From Candidatus Pelagibacter ubique HTCC1062 (GTDB lineage Bacteria > Pseudomonadota > Alphaproteobacteria > Pelagibacterales > Pelagibacteraceae): a stretch of 32,000 bases of DNA. This document shows positions 25,312-32,000 of the stretch, in pieces. Position 1 is the first letter of the stretch. Every line of letters begins with the position of its first letter. Under the pieces are notes generated by a model. That model had not been told where the DNA came from, made no database searches, and saw nothing but the letters and a program-made list of their open reading frames with translations. A program made the position numbers and the translations under genes. Where the stretch lies: contig NC_007205.1 of NCBI RefSeq assembly GCF_000012345.1, forward strand, positions 390,001-422,000, read 5' to 3'.

Positions 25312-25433
25312 AATTTTTATAATATGAAGGTTAAAATTAATAAGATTATAAAAACAATTATAAAAAAATATATAACTGATTTTTGTAGAGATGATTTTAG
25401 TAGCCAATCTAACATTTTTTTATTTATCCTTTT

Positions 25434-25510
25434 TGGTGGACCGCCCAGAACTCGAATCTGGAATCTCCCGGTTCGTAGCCGAGCGCCTTATCCAATTTGG
25501 CCAGCGGTCC
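25434..25510 (-). tRNA. tRNA-Arg(ACG): tRNA-Arg (anticodon ACG), CCA encoded
   Basis: The reverse complement is GGACCGCTGGCCAAATTGGATAAGGCGCTCGGCTACGAACCGGGAGATTCCAGATTCGAGTTCTGGGCGGTCCACCA. Acceptor GGACCGC/GCGGTCC, anticodon stem CTCGG/CCGGG with loop CTACGAA, T-arm CCAGA-TTCGAGT-TCTGG. Confidence 0.95.
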
Positions 25511-25585
25511 TTAATTAAATAATTTACTCAGTATATCAAAGTTTTTAATGTAATTTAACTTATAAAATATTATGTTGTATTAGCA

Positions 25586-26773
25586 ATGACCAAAAAACTA
25601 GATGATGTAGTTATTACAGCTGCATTAAGAACACCTATAGGCACATATAAAGGATCTTTAAAAGATTTGAGTGCTGATAAATTAGGTGCATTAGCTATTA
25701 AAGAAGCTGTCTATAAATCAAAATTAAAATCAGACGATATTGATGAAGTGATTATGGGACATGTTTTAACTTCTGGGCTAGGACAAAACCCAGCAAGACA
25801 AGCTTCTATTCATGCTGGAATTCCAGTTTCAAAACCTGCACATATAATCAATCAAGTATGTGGATCTGGATTAAGATCTGTAATTTCAGGATATCAGTCT
25901 ATTAAACTAGGTGAAAATAAAATTATAGTTGCTGGTGGACAAGAAAATATGTCTAGAGCACCACATGCTATATTTTATCGAGAAGATAAAAGACTAGATG
26001 AAAATAAGTTAGTAGATACGATGATCAATGATGGATTAATAGACTCGTTTAACAATTATCACATGGGAATAACTGCTGAAAATGTTGCAGAAAAATATAA
26101 AATTTCTAGAGATGAACAAGATTTATTTGCATTAAATTCTCAAGAAAAAACTCAACAAGCTATAAATGAAAATAGATTCAAAAATGAGCTGATCAAATTA
26201 AAGATTGATACAGATAATAAAAATTTTCTTTTTGAAAAAGATGAACATCCAAGAAGCAATTTAAATTTAGAAGATCTAAAAAAACTAAAAACTGTTTTCA
26301 AAGAAAATGGAACAGTCACCGCAGGAAATTCATCAGGAATCAATGATGGTGCGGCAGCAACTATATTAATGTCTAGAGATGAAGCAGAACATAGAGACAT
26401 AGAGCCTTTAGCTAAAGTAGTCTCTTGGGCAACTTGTGGTGTTGAACCCTCGTTGATGGGGTTAGGTCCAATTCAAGCTGTTAATATAGCTTTAGAAAAA
26501 GCTGAATGGAGGAGAGAAGATGTCGATTTATTTGAAATAAATGAAGCATTTGCAGCTCAAAGTATTGCTGTAATTAGAGATCTTAAAATTCCTAAAGAGA
26601 TTGTAAATGTTAATGGTGGGGCAATTGCATTAGGACATCCAATTGGAGCTTCAGGAACCAGAATTTTAGTAACTCTTATTCATGAGATGATTAGACGAAA
26701 TAAAAGCAAAGGTTGTGCCACCCTCTGTATTGGTGGTGGAATGGGAATAGCCATGTGCATTGAGAGAAATTAA
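25586..26773 (+). CDS. Acetyl-CoA C-acetyltransferase (thiolase II)
   Basis: 395 aa. Contains the active-site Cys in NQVCGSGLRS, plus NEAFAAQ, NVNGGAIALGHPIGASG and CIGGGMG. Confidence 0.95.
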   Translation: MTKKLDDVVITAALRTPIGTYKGSLKDLSADKLGALAIKEAVYKSKLKSDDIDEVIMGHVLTSGLGQNPARQASIHAGIPVSKPAHIINQVCGSGLRSVISGYQSIKLGENKIIVAGGQENMSRAPHAIFYREDKRLDENKLVDTMINDGLIDSFNNYHMGITAENVAEKYKISRDEQDLFALNSQEKTQQAINENRFKNELIKLKIDTDNKNFLFEKDEHPRSNLNLEDLKKLKTVFKENGTVTAGNSSGINDGAAATILMSRDEAEHRDIEPLAKVVSWATCGVEPSLMGLGPIQAVNIALEKAEWRREDVDLFEINEAFAAQSIAVIRDLKIPKEIVNVNGGAIALGHPIGASGTRILVTLIHEMIRRNKSKGCATLCIGGGMGIAMCIERN

Positions 26774-26903
26774 CTTCTTATTTATTTGTTAATTTTAAAG
26801 TTTTTTGTTCAATAAAAATACAGGTTTGCACAAAAAGGCTTATTATTGTGCTAAAATAACATGAGATATAGTTTTTTTTAAGTGTATAAATCGATTTAAA
26901 ATA

Positions 26904-29900
26904 ATGAGTGAAAAATTACTTGTTCCGGACATTGGTGAATTTGAAAAAGTTGAGGTCATTGAACTTTTAGTAAAAGTTGGAGATCAAATAAACTTAAATG
27001 ATCCTGTTGTTACCATTGAGAGTGACAAATCTAGTGTTGAAATTCCATCAACAGTTTCTGGCAAGATAGAATCTGTAAATATTAAAGTGGGTGATAAAGT
27101 TTCTAAAGGAGACATATTATTAAGTATTGAGTCTTCAAAAGAAAGCCCTTCAGAAAAGCCAATTCCTAAAGATACAGAAAGTATTATTAAACAAGCAGAA
27201 TCTGTTTTAAAGAATGAAAAAAAAGAAGAAGCTAGTCAACAAAGTCCAGCCCCAGAAAAAAAACAAACAATAATTCAAGTTACAAATGAAAATGATATTG
27301 ATCCATTAGAGACACAAGATTGGTTAGAGTCTTTATCTGCAGTTGTTGAAAAAGATGGAAATCAAAGAGCTCATTTTTTGATAAAAGAATTAATCAACAA
27401 AGCATATCAAGAAGGTGCAAATATTCCTTATACACAACACACTCCTTACATAAATACAATCCCACCAGAGGCAGAAGTCAAGTCCAATGGAGATCAGAAC
27501 ATTGAAAGAAGAATTAGATCTTTAATTAGATGGAATGCAGCAGCCATGGTTGTGAGAGCAAATAAAAAATTTCCTGAATTAGGTGGTCATATAGGAACAT
27601 TCGCATCTGCAGCAACACTTTATGATGTAGGAATGAATCATTTTTGGAGAGCTAAAAATAATAAATTTGGTGGTGATTTAGTTTATTTTCAAGGTCATAG
27701 TGCACCAGGCATCTATGCTAGAGCATTTTTAGAAGGCAGATTAAATGAAAAACAATTAGATAGTTTTAGACAAGAAGTAAAACCAGGGGGACTTTCTTCA
27801 TATCCACACCCTTGGTTGATGCCAAAGTTTTGGCAGTTTCCAACAGTGTCAATGGGATTAGGACCTATGCTTGCAATTTACCAGGCGAGATATATGAAAT
27901 ATTTAATTAATAGAGGATTAATTAAAGATGAAGGTAGAAAAGTTTGGGCATTTCTTGGTGATGGAGAAATGGATGAGCCTGAGTCTTTAGGTGCTATAGG
28001 GTTAGCTTCTAGGGAAAAACTGGATAATTTAATATTTGTTATAAACTGTAATCTTCAAAGATTAGATGGACCTGTTAGAGGTAATGGAAAAATTATTCAA
28101 GAGCTAGAAGGAAGTTTTAGAGGAGCTGGTTGGAATGTAATTAAAGTAATTTGGGGTTCTTACTGGGACTCACTGATTGCTAATGATAAAACAGGTCATT
28201 TAGTTAAAGCTATGAACGAAACTGTTGATGGTGAGTATCAAGCAATGAAGGCTAGAGATGGAGCTTACGTTAGAGAAAAATTTTTTGGAAAATATCCAGA
28301 GACACAAGAGCTAGTTTCTAGTTTGTCAGATAAAGATATTTGGAGATTGAATAGAGGTGGTCATGATCCTCATAAAGTTTATGCAGCATATGATCAGGCA
28401 TCAAAAAATCAAGGCAGCCCAACGGTTATAATCGCTAAAACCATTAAAGGTTATGGCATGGGAAAAACAGGCGAAAGTGTTAACACAACTCATCAAACTA
28501 AGAAATTAGACGTAGACGATTTATTATATTATAGAGATCGTTTTGATGTGCCCTTGACTGACGATCAAGTAAAAAATGTAGAGTATTTTAAGCCAGACGA
28601 AAAATCTCCTGAAATTAAATACATCAAAGAAAGAAGAACGAACCTTGGGGGTTCTTTGCCAGAGAGAACAACTTACGCAAAGCCAATTAAAGCACCAGCA
28701 AAAGATATTTTTGATTTTATGAAAGTATCAACAGGTGAAAAAGAAATGTCTACAACCATGGCATTAGTTAGAATGTTTACAAATTTGCTAAGAGACAAGA
28801 ATGTTTCACCGAGGTTAGTCCCAATTATTCCTGATGAAGCAAGAACTTTTGGCATGGAAGGATTTTTTCAAAAAATAGGAATATATGCTCATGAAGGTCA
28901 AAAATATGAACCTGAAGACTCTGCACAGTTAAGCTCTTATAGAGAAGATAAAAGTGGACAAGTATTAGAGGAAGGAATTAATGAAGCTGGAGCAATGTCA
29001 TCATGGATTGCAGCTGCAACAGCTTACACGAATCATGATATTGAAATGATTCCAATTTATATTTTTTACTCAATGTTTGGTTTTCAAAGAATAGGAGATC
29101 TTGCATGGGCTGCTGGAGATAGTCAGGCCAGAGGTTTTTTAATTGGAGCAACAGCTGGAAGAACTACTTTGGCTGGTGAAGGATTACAACACCAAGATGG
29201 ACACAGTCACTTGATAGCTTCAACGATACCAAATTGTGTAACATATGACCCAACTTTTCATTATGAGTTAGCTGTTATTTTTAGAGAAGGCTTGAGAAGA
29301 ATGCATGAAAAAAATGAAAATGTTTTTTATTATATCACAACCATGAATGAAAACTATTCACATCCAGGAATGCCAAAAGATAAAAATTGTGAAGAAGGAA
29401 TTCTTAAAGGAATGTACAAGATTAAAGAATTTAATAGGTATGGAAAAACAAAAATTCAACTTTTAGGCTCAGGTACAATATTGAGAGAAATGATGTCTGC
29501 AGCAGAAATTCTTCAAAATGAATATCAGATAGATAGTGAAATTTGGAGTGTTACTAGCTTTAATGAGTTGAGAAAAGATGGCATGGAAGTTGAAAGATAT
29601 AATCTCTTAAACCCTGATAAAGAACAAAAAGTTTCATTTGTAGAACAGTGTTTAGGAAAAACTGAAGGACCGATTATGGCAGCCTCAGATTATATGAGAA
29701 TGAATTCTGACCAAATTAGACCTTATACTAATAAAAGTTTTTATTCTTTAGGGACAGATGGTTATGGAAGAAGTGACACTAGAAAAAACCTTAGAAAATT
29801 TTTTGAAGTTGATAAAGAGCATATTGTTGCCTATGGACTGAGTGTGTTAGCAAAAGAGCAACTGATAGCTTCTAAATACGCTAAAGAAGCCATAAAGAAG

Positions 29901-29942
29901 TATAATATTGATGGCAGCAAACCAATGCCAACAAAACTATAA
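26904..29942 (+). CDS. aceE: Pyruvate dehydrogenase E1 component, homodimeric AceE type, with an N-terminal lipoyl domain fusion
   Basis: 1012 aa. Residues 1-76 form a lipoyl/biotinyl-attachment domain (VPDIGEF...TIESDKSSVEIP...GDILLSIE; lipoyl-Lys codon at 27027-27029). A Pro/Glu/Lys/Ser-rich linker follows. From about residue 129 (NDIDPLETQDWLESL...) the sequence is collinear with E. coli AceE as I recall it (NDVDPIETRDWL...), including GDGEMDEPES, NCNLQRLDGPV and GLQHQDGHSH. Confidence 0.95.
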   Translation: MSEKLLVPDIGEFEKVEVIELLVKVGDQINLNDPVVTIESDKSSVEIPSTVSGKIESVNIKVGDKVSKGDILLSIESSKESPSEKPIPKDTESIIKQAESVLKNEKKEEASQQSPAPEKKQTIIQVTNENDIDPLETQDWLESLSAVVEKDGNQRAHFLIKELINKAYQEGANIPYTQHTPYINTIPPEAEVKSNGDQNIERRIRSLIRWNAAAMVVRANKKFPELGGHIGTFASAATLYDVGMNHFWRAKNNKFGGDLVYFQGHSAPGIYARAFLEGRLNEKQLDSFRQEVKPGGLSSYPHPWLMPKFWQFPTVSMGLGPMLAIYQARYMKYLINRGLIKDEGRKVWAFLGDGEMDEPESLGAIGLASREKLDNLIFVINCNLQRLDGPVRGNGKIIQELEGSFRGAGWNVIKVIWGSYWDSLIANDKTGHLVKAMNETVDGEYQAMKARDGAYVREKFFGKYPETQELVSSLSDKDIWRLNRGGHDPHKVYAAYDQASKNQGSPTVIIAKTIKGYGMGKTGESVNTTHQTKKLDVDDLLYYRDRFDVPLTDDQVKNVEYFKPDEKSPEIKYIKERRTNLGGSLPERTTYAKPIKAPAKDIFDFMKVSTGEKEMSTTMALVRMFTNLLRDKNVSPRLVPIIPDEARTFGMEGFFQKIGIYAHEGQKYEPEDSAQLSSYREDKSGQVLEEGINEAGAMSSWIAAATAYTNHDIEMIPIYIFYSMFGFQRIGDLAWAAGDSQARGFLIGATAGRTTLAGEGLQHQDGHSHLIASTIPNCVTYDPTFHYELAVIFREGLRRMHEKNENVFYYITTMNENYSHPGMPKDKNCEEGILKGMYKIKEFNRYGKTKIQLLGSGTILREMMSAAEILQNEYQIDSEIWSVTSFNELRKDGMEVERYNLLNPDKEQKVSFVEQCLGKTEGPIMAASDYMRMNSDQIRPYTNKSFYSLGTDGYGRSDTRKNLRKFFEVDKEHIVAYGLSVLAKEQLIASKYAKEAIKKYNIDGSKPMPTKL

Positions 29943-29943
29943 G

Positions 29944-31215
29944 ATGTCAGATAAAGAGATTAAAGTACCAAATATTGGTGAATTTAAAGACGTTGAGGTA
30001 ATTGAGGTGCTAGTTTCAAATGGCCAGTCAGTTTCTAAAAATGATCCACTTATTACAATTGAGAGTGACAAATCTAGTGTTGAAATACCAGCTTCTTTTG
30101 ATGGAAAGATTAAGTCTGTTAAAATTAAAGTGGGAGATAGGGTTTCAGAAGGTGATTTAATATTAACTATAGAACAGTCTGGAGAAGAAGAAAAAAAAAT
30201 AGAACAAAAAACTATTAAAGAAGCAGAACAAGTTACAAATCAAAATCAAGTAGAAAAAATTGCAAAAGTCAATCCAGCACAAAATACAATAAAAAAAGAT
30301 AATTCAGAAATTTCATCTGCAAGCCCAAAAGTACGTAAATTTGCTAGAGAACTTGGGGTTAATATTAATGAAATAGTTGGTAGTGAAAGACAGGGAAGAA
30401 TTGTGGAAGATGATGTAAAAAATTTTATATCCTCTAGAATTAATAAAGCTCCAGATAAGACCGAAGTTCAACCAAAAAAAATTGTTAGTGAATATTCTCA
30501 TTCTGATTTTGGTGAAATTGAAGTTAAAGATATGCCTAGAGTTAAAAAATTAGCCTCTACATATTTAGTTAATTCTTGGACTACAATACCTCATGTCACA
30601 AATCATGATGAAGCAGATATAACTGAAATGGAAGATTTTAGAACTTCACTTACTGACATGTATACAGGGGAAAGAAAAAAAATTACTCCATTAGCTTTTA
30701 TTGTTAAAGCTTTAGTTGCATCTTTAAAAAAGTTTCCTAGTTTCAACTCTTCAATAGATGATATTGAAAATGGAAAAATTACAATGAAAAACTATTTTCA
30801 TGTTGGGATTGCAGTGGATACTCCACATGGTTTAATGGTGCCAAAAATTAGAAATGCTGACAATAAAAGCATCTCATATATTAGCAATGAATTGAAAATA
30901 GTAAGTGACCAATGTAGAAATTTAAAAATAGATAAGAAAGAATTTTTTGGAGGATCTATGACTATTACGAGTCTTGGAGGAATTGGAGGTTCATTCTTTA
31001 CACCAATAATAAATTATCCAGAAGTTGCTATATTAGGAGTAGGCAAGGCACAAAAAAAACAAATTTTTATTAATGGGAAATTTGAAACAAGAACAATGCT
31101 ACCGCTTTCTTTATCATATGATCACAGAATAATTGATGGAGCTGAAGCAGCTAGATTTAATAATGATCTAAAAGAAAATTTAGGCAAAAATTTTGCTTAT
31201 AAATTAGCTGTATAG
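29944..31215 (+). CDS. aceF: Dihydrolipoamide acetyltransferase (E2) with a single lipoyl domain
   Basis: The start is placed at MSDKEIKVPNIGEF (ATG at 29944, 1 nt after the aceE stop) rather than the track start at 29908, which lies inside aceE. It has a lipoyl domain (lipoyl-Lys codon at 30070-30072), a subunit-binding domain (SPKVRKFARELGVNINEIVGSERQGRIVEDDV) and a catalytic domain with DHRIIDGA. Confidence 0.95.
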   Translation: MSDKEIKVPNIGEFKDVEVIEVLVSNGQSVSKNDPLITIESDKSSVEIPASFDGKIKSVKIKVGDRVSEGDLILTIEQSGEEEKKIEQKTIKEAEQVTNQNQVEKIAKVNPAQNTIKKDNSEISSASPKVRKFARELGVNINEIVGSERQGRIVEDDVKNFISSRINKAPDKTEVQPKKIVSEYSHSDFGEIEVKDMPRVKKLASTYLVNSWTTIPHVTNHDEADITEMEDFRTSLTDMYTGERKKITPLAFIVKALVASLKKFPSFNSSIDDIENGKITMKNYFHVGIAVDTPHGLMVPKIRNADNKSISYISNELKIVSDQCRNLKIDKKEFFGGSMTITSLGGIGGSFFTPIINYPEVAILGVGKAQKKQIFINGKFETRTMLPLSLSYDHRIIDGAEAARFNNDLKENLGKNFAYKLAV

Positions 31216-31221
31216 ATATTA

Positions 31222-32000
31222 ATGTCAAAAACATCATCATTATTTTGTGCATTATTATGTACATTCATATGGGGAACGACTTTTATAGCTCAAGATACTG
31301 GAATGGACGACATTGGCCCTTTCACTTTTAATGCTGTCAGGTTTTTTGTTGGTTTTTTAGTAGTAGCTCCATTAGCTTTTATTTTTGAAAGAAAAAAAAT
31401 ATCAAAATCAGTACAAAAAAATCAAAAAGAATTTATCAACTTGGCTATTTTAATAGGCCTATCTTTATTTTTGGGATCAGCACTTCAACAAGTAGCTTTA
31501 CTCTATACAGATGTTGCTAATGCTGCATTCTTTACGATTTTTTATGTGCCAATGGTTCCGTTTATAATTTTTTTCATGTATAAAAAGCCAATTCACTGGA
31601 GTATTTGGCCTTCTGTTCTTCTTTGTGTGATGGGAGGTTATTTGTTAACTAATTTTTATAGCGCAACAGTTAGAAATGGTGATGCACTTATAATAATAGG
31701 CGCATTTTTCTGGAGTACACACATTATTTTTACTGGCAAAATTATAGAAAAATATAATCTTCCATTAACAATTGGTGCGATTCAAACTTTAATTGTTTCC
31801 TCGCTATCATTAATTATAGGATTAATTTTTGAAGATTTTATTTGGTCCAATATTCTTAAAGAAAAATTTCAAATCTTATATGCTGGAATTTTGTCTGGAG
31901 GTCTTGCATTTGTTTTACAAATATATGCACAAAAAAATATATCCCCTGCTCCCTCAGCAATAATCTTTTCTTTAGAGGGTGTTTTTGCGACAATTGCTGC
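31222..32000 (+). CDS. EamA/DMT-family transporter; N-terminal ~259 codons (3' end lies outside the window)
   Basis: Open frame from the ATG at 31222 to the window edge: MSKTSSLFCALLCTFIWGTTFIAQD...FNAVRFFVGF... It has multiple TM segments typical of the two-EamA-repeat drug/metabolite exporters. It is not in the ORF track because no stop falls inside the window. Confidence 0.8.
   Translation, partial: MSKTSSLFCALLCTFIWGTTFIAQDTGMDDIGPFTFNAVRFFVGFLVVAPLAFIFERKKISKSVQKNQKEFINLAILIGLSLFLGSALQQVALLYTDVANAAFFTIFYVPMVPFIIFFMYKKPIHWSIWPSVLLCVMGGYLLTNFYSATVRNGDALIIIGAFFWSTHIIFTGKIIEKYNLPLTIGAIQTLIVSSLSLIIGLIFEDFIWSNILKEKFQILYAGILSGGLAFVLQIYAQKNISPAPSAIIFSLEGVFATIA

Noticed and set aside
26828-26851. 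The inverted repeat GCACAA-N12-TTGTGC upstream of aceE, considered as a PdhR-type operator or promoter element.
   Set aside because: The arms are only 6 bp. It bears no resemblance to the PdhR/GntR consensus (AATTGGT...ACCAATT). No pdhR-like regulator gene is present upstream, since the neighbour is a thiolase. This is within chance expectation.
1745-30501. About 23 short ORFs (60-133 aa) in the supplied track lie antisense to, or nested in, the genes called above. Examples are 1745-1966, 5105-5320, 6143-6544, 8157-8399, 8989-9186, 9874-10086, 11859-12065, 13950-14213, 17847-18128, 18647-18865, 19496-19780, 20740-20937, 21089-21313, 21550-21777, 23192-23434, 23699-23890, 23927-24133, 24506-24703, 24962-25159, 25261-25518, 26152-26400, 28673-28855 and 30313-30501.
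   Set aside because: Every one is fully or largely contained in a longer ORF with clear family motifs on the other strand or in another frame. Their translations are low-complexity (F/L/I/S/N-rich) with no recognisable motifs, and none has a plausible SD. They are shadow ORFs. ORF 25261-25518 additionally runs straight through tRNA-Arg.
1-32000. CRISPR arrays, rRNA operons, insertion sequences, riboswitches (glycine, SAM, TPP) and toxin-antitoxin pairs.
   Set aside because: I scanned the intergenic regions larger than 60 bp (8434-8836, 18449-18516, 20316-20511, 24757-24885, 25312-25433, 25511-25585, 26774-26903). I found no regularly spaced repeats, no conserved riboswitch cores I could recognise, and no small adjacent ORF pairs. 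A covariance-model scan (Infernal/Rfam) would be needed to exclude structured RNAs rigorously.

Overview
The window is very AT-rich (about 30% G+C by eye) and extremely gene-dense. Gene content and synteny point to a streamlined free-living alphaproteobacterium, most plausibly SAR11/Pelagibacterales; this is inferred without a database search. Supporting arrangements are rpsT-dnaA-dnaN, argH-small lipoprotein-lysA, fdxA-carD, ubiE-ubiB plus COQ7, a HIG1-domain protein and TlpA. I call 35 protein-coding genes and 2 tRNAs, Leu-CAA and Arg-ACG. Two CDSs are cut by the window edges, and two are under 60 aa and absent from the ORF track. I see no rRNA, CRISPR array, transposase, integrase, phage genes or recognisable defence island. 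The window reads as origin-proximal housekeeping core, and I cannot honestly point to a clear new multi-gene system. Genes are packed with 1-17 nt same-strand overlaps, and convergent genes share or abut stop codons. Five items look most worth a second look. (1) An AceE-type pyruvate dehydrogenase E1 carries an N-terminal lipoyl domain paralogous to the one on the adjacent E2. (2) A 29-aa Lys/Ala-only micro-ORF has the best Shine-Dalgarno site I saw, a leader hairpin and the only canonical bidirectional terminator. (3) Convergent to it, a CarD/CdnL homologue has a ~110-aa histone-H1-like N-terminal extension and an acidic tail, and starts inside fdxA. (4) A translationally coupled rubrerythrin / CCG Fe-S protein / DUF3501 module has no known function. 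(5) The 403-bp rpsT-dnaA spacer, the largest non-coding stretch, contains AT-rich tandem repeats and a recurring ATAGATTT word. Functional calls come from motif and family recognition by eye and need HMM/BLAST confirmation.
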